From positions 1 through 45,741 of IMG/VR virus record IMGVR_UViG_3300046314_000184: 45,741 nt of DNA; one strand, given 5' to 3'. Below are positions 10,181-19,472 of this stretch, one piece after another. This DNA comes from a virus (taxonomy: Duplodnaviria; Caudoviricetes). Position 1 is the first letter of the stretch; the number at the start of each line of letters is the position of its first letter. Both the position numbers and the translations under genes were made by a program. The notes under the pieces were generated by a model that made no database searches, had not been told where the DNA came from, and saw nothing but the letters and a program-made list of their open reading frames with translations.

Positions 10181-10639
10181 TCAGATGTTGGTGATTGTCC
10201 AAGTTACCGTCAGAGAGTCGGAAGCATCTTTGTTGAACACACCAAAAACAGTGCGAGCCAGCATAGTCCCCGCAGAAACATCATTGAATATACCAGCTTC
10301 GGTAATTGCTCCTGTGCAGTTACCAGCAGCAAATGTTGCCGCATAAGCAATTGAGTTTCCGGTAACCGTGGTGGTCATAGAGGCGCGAGTGTTGGTTCCG
10401 CCAACAAACTCACCCAACAATCCAGTATGTCCGGAGACAACGGGGACATTGCTTGATCCCATCGCCATATGAGACATGGCTGCTGGGGAGTTGGTCGTCT
10501 TAGCCATTGACTCAGTGATGAACACCTTGCCGGTATAGACCACCATGTTTGGAACGGTTGCCTGCTGCTTGATAGCACCGAAGGCGTCCCGCAATACAAT
10601 CGTAAGTTCGCCAACAGACTTGACAGAATCGTTCATCAT
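10181..10639 (-). CDS. Conserved baseplate/tail structural protein
   Basis: 152 aa; NMVV..G, ITEAGIFN....GTMLARTVF..NK...DSLTVTWTIT, similar to tail-fibre N-terminal attachment domains. Confidence 0.75.
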   Translation of the reverse strand: MMNDSVKSVGELTIVLRDAFGAIKQQATVPNMVVYTGKVFITESMAKTTNSPAAMSHMAMGSSNVPVVSGHTGLLGEFVGGTNTRASMTTTVTGNSIAYAATFAAGNCTGAITEAGIFNDVSAGTMLARTVFGVFNKDASDSLTVTWTITNI

Positions 10640-10662
10640 TTCCAGTTCTCCGATAGAGATTT

Positions 10663-12324
10663 TTAAGTAATTGTTGTGATGATTTCGCGCAGAACAAAGT
10701 CGGCATCAAAATAATCTTCTCCGTTATACAAGACACGATCAACGGTTGTCGAATCCGACATAGTTGACTCTACGGTGTCGCTATGATACTTAGACACACC
10801 ACGAGAAACAAAGTCAATTGATGTCTGAGACTCGCTCAGCTCCTTCTGAACATGCTTAGTCAGCAGAGTATCTTCTGTTGCAAATGTATCAAACAGCAGC
10901 ATCTTATCCACGGACATTGTTCGGGTCACGGATATGTCTGGAGTCAGGTCATAATCAAATGACTTCTGCAACTCAGCAAAGAATTTCGTTCCGGCTGGAT
11001 GCACAATGGACATGGCATTGCGATATTCTGCAATATCATGTCCCGTGCGAATCACATAGGAATAAAGCTGATAGAAGTTGTTATCCTGAAGTCGAATCAG
11101 AGGGTTGGAAATTTTACCGCGCTCTGAAAGGAATTCGCCGCGAGTCTTGGTGATTGAATCAAATACAACCACAAACATGGCTCTGGAGTCAATCCATTCC
11201 TGAATAGATACATCCTCAATGAGAGATTGACTGACAATGCCAAAAGTCTCTTGTTTGGCAAACACAATCCTGCCGGTATACGTGGGGTCAACATAATCTT
11301 CCCCAAAATACGACTGGGTATCATGGACGCTGGCAAATCCAACCAAGGATTCCTCAATACCGTTAGTGTCATCGGTAATTGTCAATTGATGATCAAATAC
11401 CGTTGGGTTATAAGAAACCAGAGTCTTGTCAAAGTAAACAGCAGTTCCACTGGGTTTATTTGGGAATGGGGAAATCACCAGCGTCTGATTTACCGTATGT
11501 CCCATGCCATGTTGGATAACCTCAATCTGCTTAATCTTGCCGCCCGTGGTGATCTTAGTGACGCGACAGAGGGTATCTAACCGAGTTCCGGGAATTGTAA
11601 AGATTGAACCAACCTGCCAGTATTTTCCGCCATCAATAATTTCAATTCGCGCTGGCGACTGAAGAAGACGCCCAACAAAAGTCCGGACCGATTGGATGTT
11701 GTATGTATAAAAAATCTGGGAAGAATCAACCTTCAGACGAACTTTACTGTCAAAATAAACACGATACGTCTTGATGGACATATCTGGGTTTAATTCATCC
11801 GGGACAATCTGCGATGGAGTCAGATTGAACTTGCCATATTGGTTTTCAAATGTCAATCTGAAAACGGTTCCGTCAATGGGCAATGTCCCATCAATAGCCT
11901 CAATTGTGACAAATACATCCTGCCTCCAGACACCATCGGATGCGCGAAGGATATTGTCGGATGGATAGTCAATCGTAATTGATTCATCAAACAAAATCCT
12001 GAAAAGCAATTCAAAAGAATTAGGAGACCCCTTGGAATCATACAGGTCATGGATATGCTTGACCAAGAGGCGCTTATCAACCGCCAGAATCCTTGGAAGA
12101 GTTCTGAGTTCTTCAAAAAAATCATTCAGAAGGTATTCTGTGGTCTGGTCAACGTCCAGATATGAAATGATGTTCCTGATATAATCATTGATATTCTCGT
12201 TCTGATCCAGATACTCGTAGTAATTCGACAGGAACTCCACGAATTTTTCATGGTTTTCCCGAACGAATGATGGAACCTGCTGCTGAATCAGGTCACTGAC
12301 TGGAAACGAGTTTAGATTTAGCAT
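10663..12324 (-). CDS. gp7: Baseplate wedge initiator gp7-like
   Basis: QVPSFVRE..KFVEFL..YYE, KGS..SFELLFRILF, ILRASDG.W, LQDNNFYQLYSYVI, VHPAG; lies between gp6 and gp8. Confidence 0.8.
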   Translation of the reverse strand: MLNLNSFPVSDLIQQQVPSFVRENHEKFVEFLSNYYEYLDQNENINDYIRNIISYLDVDQTTEYLLNDFFEELRTLPRILAVDKRLLVKHIHDLYDSKGSPNSFELLFRILFDESITIDYPSDNILRASDGVWRQDVFVTIEAIDGTLPIDGTVFRLTFENQYGKFNLTPSQIVPDELNPDMSIKTYRVYFDSKVRLKVDSSQIFYTYNIQSVRTFVGRLLQSPARIEIIDGGKYWQVGSIFTIPGTRLDTLCRVTKITTGGKIKQIEVIQHGMGHTVNQTLVISPFPNKPSGTAVYFDKTLVSYNPTVFDHQLTITDDTNGIEESLVGFASVHDTQSYFGEDYVDPTYTGRIVFAKQETFGIVSQSLIEDVSIQEWIDSRAMFVVVFDSITKTRGEFLSERGKISNPLIRLQDNNFYQLYSYVIRTGHDIAEYRNAMSIVHPAGTKFFAELQKSFDYDLTPDISVTRTMSVDKMLLFDTFATEDTLLTKHVQKELSESQTSIDFVSRGVSKYHSDTVESTMSDSTTVDRVLYNGEDYFDADFVLREIITTIT

Positions 12325-12326
12325 CT

Positions 12327-14099
12327 TCAGGCGCTATTCGTGAATATGTAGTTACCTTTATTTACACCATCCAAAACGGTCAGGTCAATATCCGACGCCC
12401 TCAGTATCAGAACATCATTGGTAACAGACAGAACATCATTTGACAATGGAGTTGCATGAATCATCAGCATGCTATCCGAATAGCCAATCACATAGATGGG
12501 GTCAATCGTAATGCGCCCAGTGGTATAGTCAATTGCCCCAATGGTCTTAACAACAGTCTTGACTCCTGAGTTCAAGTAATAAATTCGGACAGCACCATCC
12601 AAGTCATCAATATTCACATACCCAGCATAATCTCCGGTCAGGAAAGCACCGGATTTCAGACTTCCTTTCTTGATTGGATTCTTGTAGTCTATCACATAGG
12701 TGGTGGTTAGTCCCAATGTTGCTTTCCATTCTTTGGACAATGAAACCTTGGTGATGTTGGACATGATTGACTTGTCGGTATCGTCAATATATGCCACCAA
12801 GTTAGAGTATCGGAACTGAGAATTAAACTTATTCAGGCGGTCATTGGTATAGACAGCCAGTCTCTGCGAAACCAGAGTTTTAATCTGTTCTGCTGTATTC
12901 CCTGTCTTGTATGGGTCATAATAGACCGAACTCTCCAATCCGATATATGTGTAATCTGGATCAACCAATTCTGGAACAATCGTCACTGTCATCTTGCTTC
13001 GCAGTTGTTCAAGGATGAAATTCTTGGTAGTCTGATCAAACTGAGCGTTGATGTCAATTGGGATCAATGAAATGAACACCTTGCCATATACAGGAGGAAC
13101 ATTATCCTCACCGCCCCAGACGGATGCATCTCCAACAGGAATTATCGAATTGATGACTGACGTATAGTCATTGGCGGTCACTGCCCGATTCTGAGCCAAC
13201 ATGCGCTTGTATGCATTGTCCTTGATGGACATGATAGATTCTTCGACCGCCCCGCCGAATGCTCGGTTGAGCGTAGTCACCGTCAGGGTAACAAACCCCT
13301 GAATGGAATCATTCAGTTGGAATCCGGTTGCGCCATTGGGAACATCAGCAGAGCAGACAACATATTCCAAGATGACCATGTTTCCGACTTCAATCTGACG
13401 ACCCAATACGCCATCTCCAAAATAAACTTCATACAGACCTTCTTCATTGGTCTTCAGGTAATAGGCATTCGTTTCTCCATCAATATCAATAACGGATTCA
13501 TGGTATGTGTATGATGTGCGGTCGGTATTGGTCAGCGACTTCTGAACGGTCACCTTCAGCAGGGTGGTATCCACGTTCCTACTGGGGATCGTAAATTTCT
13601 GATGCAGGGAGTCAACCACATACTTGAACGTAGTCAAAGACCCCTCATAAATTGGGACATTCTTAAACAGATATCGGCCCTGATTGTCAGGAAGAATCGT
13701 CATCGAATCCAGAGTGATGAAGTTGAATTGTAATTGTCCAGATGATGTGAATACGGCATTCTTACCCAGAGTCAGTGTATCTGGGGTTACATCTGGGAAC
13801 ACCTCAACATCCACGAATGATCTGGCTGCCCGCATAGACCTTGGCAGATACCCCATTCGCTTGGCATGCATCCCAACAGTTGTCCTCTTGACAGCAGAGT
13901 CAATGAACATCTCCTGAGTAAGCATATTAGCAATCACCGCATTATAATGGGTGTTATACGCCAAGACATCCAGCATCAGACTCAGACCAGAACCCTCGAA
14001 GTTATGATCCGTAAACCCCGGCTTTGAACTGAGATATGCCTTCAGATTGGTCTTGATTGTATCGAAATCAAGTTCGGCTACGCGAAGATTTTGCGTCAT
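12327..14099 (-). CDS. gp6: Baseplate wedge subunit gp6
   Basis: ELDFDTIKTNLK, FEGSGLS..DVLAYNTHYNA, YEVYFGDG, AQNRAVTANDY, WGGEDN.PP.YGKVFIS. Confidence 0.93.
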   Translation of the reverse strand: MTQNLRVAELDFDTIKTNLKAYLSSKPGFTDHNFEGSGLSLMLDVLAYNTHYNAVIANMLTQEMFIDSAVKRTTVGMHAKRMGYLPRSMRAARSFVDVEVFPDVTPDTLTLGKNAVFTSSGQLQFNFITLDSMTILPDNQGRYLFKNVPIYEGSLTTFKYVVDSLHQKFTIPSRNVDTTLLKVTVQKSLTNTDRTSYTYHESVIDIDGETNAYYLKTNEEGLYEVYFGDGVLGRQIEVGNMVILEYVVCSADVPNGATGFQLNDSIQGFVTLTVTTLNRAFGGAVEESIMSIKDNAYKRMLAQNRAVTANDYTSVINSIIPVGDASVWGGEDNVPPVYGKVFISLIPIDINAQFDQTTKNFILEQLRSKMTVTIVPELVDPDYTYIGLESSVYYDPYKTGNTAEQIKTLVSQRLAVYTNDRLNKFNSQFRYSNLVAYIDDTDKSIMSNITKVSLSKEWKATLGLTTTYVIDYKNPIKKGSLKSGAFLTGDYAGYVNIDDLDGAVRIYYLNSGVKTVVKTIGAIDYTTGRITIDPIYVIGYSDSMLMIHATPLSNDVLSVTNDVLILRASDIDLTVLDGVNKGNYIFTNSA

Positions 14100-14100
14100 T

Positions 14101-14502
14101 TTACAGGGTTCTTTCCAAGAAGAAGTTTGTCGTGATAGTCTCTATGGTTCCGACAATAATAAACTTCAGTTCAACGTAGATGTGATTTTCGTCCGGGTAT
14201 GCAGTCACATCAACCGAAATGACCTCAACCCTTGGTTCATAGTTTTCAATGACATGCTTGATCATTCGCTCAATAATCACGCTGGTTCCCGGCGTAATCT
14301 GTTCAAACAACATGTCACTGACCTGACAATACATTTCTGGGTGGAACAGACGATCATATTGTCTGGTTCTGACCAGAGTTTTTACGGCATTGATAATTGC
14401 ATTCACGTCAACCCGCTTACCAATATCCCCAGAGATTGGATGCAGACTGAAATTAAGATCAATATCAACGAACTTGGTGTTCTTAGTCTGAATCGTTGCC
14501 AT
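14101..14502 (-). CDS. gp25: Baseplate wedge subunit gp25
   Basis: MATIQTK..FVDIDLNF..HP, R.FHPE, IENYEPRV; start moved to the ATG at 14502. Confidence 0.9.
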   Translation of the reverse strand: MATIQTKNTKFVDIDLNFSLHPISGDIGKRVDVNAIINAVKTLVRTRQYDRLFHPEMYCQVSDMLFEQITPGTSVIIERMIKHVIENYEPRVEVISVDVTAYPDENHIYVELKFIIVGTIETITTNFFLERTL

Positions 14503-15001
14503 CGGTGGATTCTTTCTTTTTCGGGCGACGGAACAACCGATCAATAACCGGGGTATGTGCGCTGATATTCTGAGTATTGTTTGCTGGGGGCTCCCCTACG
14601 ACTTCACCATCTTCCTTCAGGTATTTTTCAACCAATACTTCTTCCTCTGGGAGGCAGATGTCATTCTCAACAACCAGCAGGAGTTCCTTCAGAAATGGAT
14701 TCAGGTCAACCGATTCCTTAAATTGCTCAGGGACATACCGCTTCTTAATGAAATTCAATGCAACTGCCAGTTGCTTTACTTTACTGGATGATCCGGGGAA
14801 TGAATCAAGAATGCGCTTGACACCAAATGCCAATTGATGCAGTGGGGTATATGCTTCCTTTTCATTCTGATTGGAAGGCTTCTTGATCAATTCACCATCG
14901 CCGTTCACCAACCCCAAGGAAAATGCCTTGGTATGATCAAACGGACGAGTGATCAGGTTCAGAATCAATGAAGTATACTGGGGGTCAAGTGGTCGGTTCA
15001 T
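14483..15001 (-). CDS. Conserved hypothetical protein (T4-like, upstream of gp25)
   Basis: PF..TKAFSLGLVNGDG...AYTPLH...KRI pattern; 172 aa. Confidence 0.7.
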   Translation of the reverse strand: MNRPLDPQYTSLILNLITRPFDHTKAFSLGLVNGDGELIKKPSNQNEKEAYTPLHQLAFGVKRILDSFPGSSSKVKQLAVALNFIKKRYVPEQFKESVDLNPFLKELLLVVENDICLPEEEVLVEKYLKEDGEVVGEPPANNTQNISAHTPVIDRLFRRPKKKESTDGNDSD

Positions 15002-15354
15002 AGGTGAATCAGGTCGTGGACTATTGAGCTATTTATGGGACACTCTGGATACTCGGATATATCCCATCCAATCATAGATACAATCGGAACCAATACGCCC
15101 AGATGCTCAGGTTCATTTATCTTATACAGGAGCAACTGAGCCGAAACAGACCCGAAACAGTTATAGAATACGACAACATAATTCACCATCTTTCGGACAT
15201 TGACTGAATCCGGTTCCGTCAGATACCTCTTGATGAATTTCCTGATAGACACAGCATTACCCAAGTCCTGATTGAATTCATCTATGGTGATGGCCGAACG
15301 ATTATCGTAGGCTTTCATTGCCTTGGTCAAGAATTCGTTATCGTCTTTAATCAT
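14998..15354 (-). CDS. Conserved hypothetical protein (T4-like)
   Basis: F...AMKAYDN......EF.QDL...VFYNCFG pattern, which recurs in T4-like genomes near gp25. Confidence 0.7.
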   Translation of the reverse strand: MIKDDNEFLTKAMKAYDNRSAITIDEFNQDLGNAVSIRKFIKRYLTEPDSVNVRKMVNYVVVFYNCFGSVSAQLLLYKINEPEHLGVLVPIVSMIGWDISEYPECPINSSIVHDLIHL

Positions 15355-15366
15355 GGGATTCTGCTA

Positions 15367-15391
15367 AAAGAAAAGGGGCAAGAATGCCCCT
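15367..15391 (-). terminator. Rho-independent terminator
   Basis: GGGGCA-ttct-TGCCCC stem followed by TTTTCTTTT on the minus strand. Confidence 0.7.
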
Positions 15392-15431
15392 GTTTATCAT
15401 CCGATTGTTGTTTGGTTTCCGCTGATATAGA

Positions 15432-15935
15432 TTACTCTGCAGAACCAACATCAGACATTTCGGCGCAGTGATGAATGCCTTGGTCATCAACCATCAGGAA
15501 TCCATAATTGACCCCAACAGCAGATCCCATGAAGGCGTTGGCCCCTGCTGGAGTCTTGAATCCCATTGTCTGATAGACTTTACCTGCATGCTTGACGCTG
15601 GATGGGATCATCTGGTCATCAGCCGCCGGGAGTTCTGGTTTCTCAACCGCTTCACCCAATACACGACCCTCACCATCTTTATGATCCCAGACGCCATACG
15701 AACGGTCTTCGCCGGGGACTTCTGCCGATGTGGTATGAACGCCCTTTTCAATTCGATGCCGGAAAGAAAGCATCTTGCCGGGGTGGGCTTTCTTCACGTC
15801 ATTCATCCATGCAGAGATGCCCTCGTCATCATCCGGTTTGGTTGTCGGAATTGCATTCTCCACCATCAGTTTATAAGCATCCATGATTGACTTGGATGAC
15901 TTGATCAATTCGTTGTAGTTATTTGCCATGGTCAT
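15432..15935 (-). CDS. Hypothetical protein, candidate internal head protein
   Basis: 167 aa; N-terminal SIMDAYKLMVE and an internal LGEA site. Confidence 0.65.
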   Translation of the reverse strand: MTMANNYNELIKSSKSIMDAYKLMVENAIPTTKPDDDEGISAWMNDVKKAHPGKMLSFRHRIEKGVHTTSAEVPGEDRSYGVWDHKDGEGRVLGEAVEKPELPAADDQMIPSSVKHAGKVYQTMGFKTPAGANAFMGSAVGVNYGFLMVDDQGIHHCAEMSDVGSAE

Positions 15936-16489
15936 TAAACCGTCTTTTTGGTTGGAGAAATCGAGGAAACCTCTGAGGAAATATGAACGTCCACAGCCAT
16001 ACCTGAATCAGCTTCAAGAATGCCATCAGAATCTCCAACAGAAGCATGCTGTTCAGGAACAGACAGAACATTCCCGGCAGCAGGGACGGTAAACGTAAAC
16101 ACCAGAATATTGCCACCACCGCCAGTCGATGTGTATGTTGCCTGAATGTCTCCTGCCTGCGACCCAACCAACCGAATAGTTGGGTGACCACTGACTGTGA
16201 CTTTTTTGTCAAGATGCAGTCGCACTTGCTTGGTGAGCTTGGCAATATAAGCCCCACCGGAAAAGGAAATATCGCTCACCCGAACCGATGCTTCTGGTTG
16301 AATCCACTCTGGTGCAACTGGGTTTTCTACAAGTTCGGTCTTGATGTATTCTACTGGAAGCCCACGAACTGACATAATCAATTCTTCATGTCCATCCTTG
16401 CGACTGATTACCCAACCAGACTTGGTGGCATAGCAGCGTTCTTTGTCTGCATCTGAAAGCCATGATGGCTTCTGTTGTTCTTTTTGCAT
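15935..16489 (-). CDS. Hypothetical virion protein with a C-terminal Ig-like domain
   Basis: C-terminal VTVSGHPTIRL...ATYTS..GGNILVFTFTV is beta-sandwich-like; late-type TAAGTA upstream. Confidence 0.6.
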   Translation of the reverse strand: MQKEQQKPSWLSDADKERCYATKSGWVISRKDGHEELIMSVRGLPVEYIKTELVENPVAPEWIQPEASVRVSDISFSGGAYIAKLTKQVRLHLDKKVTVSGHPTIRLVGSQAGDIQATYTSTGGGGNILVFTFTVPAAGNVLSVPEQHASVGDSDGILEADSGMAVDVHISSEVSSISPTKKTV

Positions 16490-16522
16490 TGTCTTATTTT
16501 CCTATTTTGGAATTCAATTTAC

Positions 16523-17182
16523 TTAGTCACCAAACGGATTGGATTCACTGAAGTTCAGAATATCATTGGCTTCAGAATCAAATGCCTGATTCTGACGACC
16601 GTTGCGCCTGACCGGATCGGCAACACCCGGATTGGGCGTAACTTCAAATGTCATATCCAGTGCAATCTGATTAATCTCATCCATATCAGTTTCAATTCTC
16701 TCGGATGAATACTGGAACAATTCAACCTTGAGTTTATAGACAGGCAATGACCCCAGTTGATAGAATGGCGACTGATGCTCAACAAACTTGATTTCAAACA
16801 ACCCCTCTGACATTGGGAAATACATCAGGTCACCTTCACATGGTCTGGATGGAATGATAGTCTCCCCATACCGCCCAACCAATTGTTCCCAGCGGCGTTT
16901 TGCTACGGTCAATTGACCTTGTTCTTCAATCATCAGACCAAACTTGGACATAAATGCCCCCTGACCACCAAAGGAATCAATGTTGTCCAAATAGCATTCG
17001 ATCATGTAGGCATTCTTGAACTTGGACAGATTGTCCTCACCCAAAATATCATCCTTGGCAACCAATACTCTGGGGATGTAGAACCATTCTGTTCCAAACT
17101 GTCGGATGGACTCAATGATCAGATTCTCAACCAAGTTGATTTCCGATCTGGTTCCGCGAGGAAAAAGTGAATTTAATGGCAT
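16523..17182 (-). CDS. gp14: Neck protein gp14
   Basis: LIIESIRQFG..FYIPR, FMSKFG, RPCEGDLMYFP, FEIKFVEH..PFYQLG, FSESNPFG. Confidence 0.92.
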   Translation of the reverse strand: MPLNSLFPRGTRSEINLVENLIIESIRQFGTEWFYIPRVLVAKDDILGEDNLSKFKNAYMIECYLDNIDSFGGQGAFMSKFGLMIEEQGQLTVAKRRWEQLVGRYGETIIPSRPCEGDLMYFPMSEGLFEIKFVEHQSPFYQLGSLPVYKLKVELFQYSSERIETDMDEINQIALDMTFEVTPNPGVADPVRRNGRQNQAFDSEANDILNFSESNPFGD

Positions 17183-17185
17183 GGA

Positions 17186-18190
17186 TTATTGCGTCTGGTA
17201 ATCAGGGTCTTGAACGCCACCGTCGTCAAAAATGGCTTCTGGGGAATGCTTCCTAAGAACTTCTTTACCATCAGGTCCAATTTCAATAAATTCTTCCTTG
17301 TCCTCGGAATCAGAACTTTGTCCCTTGGGACCAGCATCCTCATTCATTCGAGAGCGATCCAGTCGGTCCTGTTCAATCTTGCGAATCTTGGGAGCAATCT
17401 TGTTAGCCAAGCGAGCAATCAGGTCTTTGCGCTTCAGTAGGATGTCCTCCAAGCGCTCCTTATCGGCCACAGACAATTCAGACACGGGTTTCTTAGCCAA
17501 GCGCTCTTTAAGCATCTCAATTGCCTGCCTGCGAGCCTTCTGTTTGATCTTGGGTGCAGAGGATAGACGCTTCAGGGCAATCTTCTTGGCGGCATCCCGA
17601 CGAGCACTGCCCTTGGCAAACTCAACCTTCTTGCGAATCCGAGCCTCCCTGCTCAGATGTTCGTCGAGCTTGACAACCAATTCATCATCTGTGTAGTGGT
17701 GAATGATGTCATCAAAAGAATCAATTTTATTGGCAATCTTCCGGAGTTCGTCTGGAGTATCCAACTTAGTCAGAACCTTGTCCCAGTCATTCTCATCTAC
17801 TTCCGGCTCATCATCCGAATCTGCAGCAACTACTTTTGGTGCTGGGGCTTTCTTGGCAGACTCAATCAGTGTCTTGGCGCGAGCCATGCCATTGGTTTCT
17901 GCTCTGGAATATGCCTGAGTCAGATATTCCATAGGAACACCAGATTCAATTGACATCTCCACCAGACCCAATACATCCATTGTCGGAATCTTACCCTCGT
18001 TCAACAAAACATGCAGATATGCAAAATCTTCATTCCCCATCAACCCGGAATACTTGATGGCTCGTTCCTTGGTTGATTGACGAGAATCCCCCTCAGACAA
18101 TTGATTGATTGCATTCTTCAGGTGTTCGGCAATGAATCTACGGTCATCACTGATTGTCGAAAGATATTCGGATGTTTTCTCGAAAAGCAT
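17186..18190 (-). CDS. Hypothetical head-associated protein
   Basis: 334 aa; basic helical block LSREARIRKK...KARRQA...IRKIEQDR and several x-x-E sites (LSEG, LIES, LDEH, MNED). Confidence 0.65.
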   Translation of the reverse strand: MLFEKTSEYLSTISDDRRFIAEHLKNAINQLSEGDSRQSTKERAIKYSGLMGNEDFAYLHVLLNEGKIPTMDVLGLVEMSIESGVPMEYLTQAYSRAETNGMARAKTLIESAKKAPAPKVVAADSDDEPEVDENDWDKVLTKLDTPDELRKIANKIDSFDDIIHHYTDDELVVKLDEHLSREARIRKKVEFAKGSARRDAAKKIALKRLSSAPKIKQKARRQAIEMLKERLAKKPVSELSVADKERLEDILLKRKDLIARLANKIAPKIRKIEQDRLDRSRMNEDAGPKGQSSDSEDKEEFIEIGPDGKEVLRKHSPEAIFDDGGVQDPDYQTQ

Positions 18191-18212
18191 TTTAAAATTG
18201 CTCCTGATGGGC

Positions 18213-18238
18213 TAAATAATGGAACTCAAATTTACTTA
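18213..18238. promoter_or_regulatory. Crossed pair of late-type promoters (TAAATA +, TAAGTA -)
   Basis: TAAATA at 18213-18218 (+) and TACTTA at 18233-18238 (TAAGTA on -), between divergent genes. Confidence 0.6.
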
Positions 18239-18260
18239 TCCCAATAGGAAACATCTCAAG

Positions 18261-19442
18261 ATGGACTCAATTATCAGCGCCTACCATAAAATGAAGAATC
18301 CGTTGTCCAAGACAAAGCTCCCAACTTTGTTTGATGGTCGGGATGAGTCAGACGATCCGATGAATGAGCAATACGATGATCCATGGGATGTTGCGGAATT
18401 CAAAGCTGATATTCTGAAGACGAATCAGACAGCACATGTACCAAAAAGCTGCGCGGAACATGATTCAGCAATCCGTGATGTAATCAGTAAGATTGGTGGA
18501 TTGCCCAAGCCGGATGACCTGACACTGATTCATTCGATGATTTCCACTCATCCAGCCAAGGCAGCCAGACATCATTTATACAATACCCACATTACCCCAT
18601 TGCTCAGGCATATGTCCAATTTTGAAGATGAGAATGAGACATCACCATGGTTGACCAAGAATGATCTGAACAATCTGAAGCAGAAGAATGACCTGAAACT
18701 GAGCAACGGTCGAGTATTGGAGTCCCCAGACGACAATTATAACATTCGCGGCGCTCTTTACCTGCATGATGATGGAACGCTACATAAGACATCCAAATCC
18801 AGACTGGAATCCAGAGCATTCCCGGAAGTGAATGAAGACCATCTGAATATGATGATCAATGAACATTCGGACGCGGCAGAAAATGCATCCCATCATGTCA
18901 GAGACTATACCGAAGACAGTAAGGAAGTCAATACCCACTTGGGGGACAAATACAATGAAACAGAAACCAATCGCAGTATGTTCAAGGAAACTCCAGAAGA
19001 ATTGGAGGTGCATGCAAATGCAATCAGTCATGACATTTCCAAAGCACCTCCCCTGAGCAAGTCATTTGATGTATTCACAGGAGTATCCAAGCGCACCAAC
19101 ATCATGGCCGCAACCAATAACGGGCAGAAGGAATCAATATTTCATGCACCAACATTCTTGTCTTCAAGTCTGAAGTTTTCAATTGCTGCTGGGTTTGCCA
19201 AGGAAAAGCATTCCACAGAACTGGAAGCAAATCATGAGGGCGGCGTTCATGACCTACTGCATATCCATGTTCCAGAGGGCTTCAAGGGTGGTATGTATGT
19301 GGATTCGATTTCCCGGAACAAAGATGAGCTTGAATATCTGTTTGACCATTCACACAAGTTCACCATTCATCCCCAACCAAAATACACGGCCAGTGGCGGT
19401 AAGTTGATTCGGGTATGGCATGCCAGAGTTCACCCAAAATGA
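18261..19442 (+). CDS. ADP-ribosyltransferase (Alt/VIP2-like, R-S-E class with R replaced by T)
   Basis: YTEDSKEVNTHL, DVFTG, FLSSS, LLHIHVPEG, ELEYL. Start at the ATG at 18261 after AGGAAA (the ORF track starts at 18219). Confidence 0.75.
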   Translation: MDSIISAYHKMKNPLSKTKLPTLFDGRDESDDPMNEQYDDPWDVAEFKADILKTNQTAHVPKSCAEHDSAIRDVISKIGGLPKPDDLTLIHSMISTHPAKAARHHLYNTHITPLLRHMSNFEDENETSPWLTKNDLNNLKQKNDLKLSNGRVLESPDDNYNIRGALYLHDDGTLHKTSKSRLESRAFPEVNEDHLNMMINEHSDAAENASHHVRDYTEDSKEVNTHLGDKYNETETNRSMFKETPEELEVHANAISHDISKAPPLSKSFDVFTGVSKRTNIMAATNNGQKESIFHAPTFLSSSLKFSIAAGFAKEKHSTELEANHEGGVHDLLHIHVPEGFKGGMYVDSISRNKDELEYLFDHSHKFTIHPQPKYTASGGKLIRVWHARVHPK

Positions 19443-19444
19443 AC

Positions 19445-19472
19445 AAAGGGGCATTTAAGCCCCTTTTCTTTT
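19445..19472. terminator. Bidirectional terminator between convergent genes
   Basis: AAAGGGGC-atttaa-GCCCCTTTT. Confidence 0.8.
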
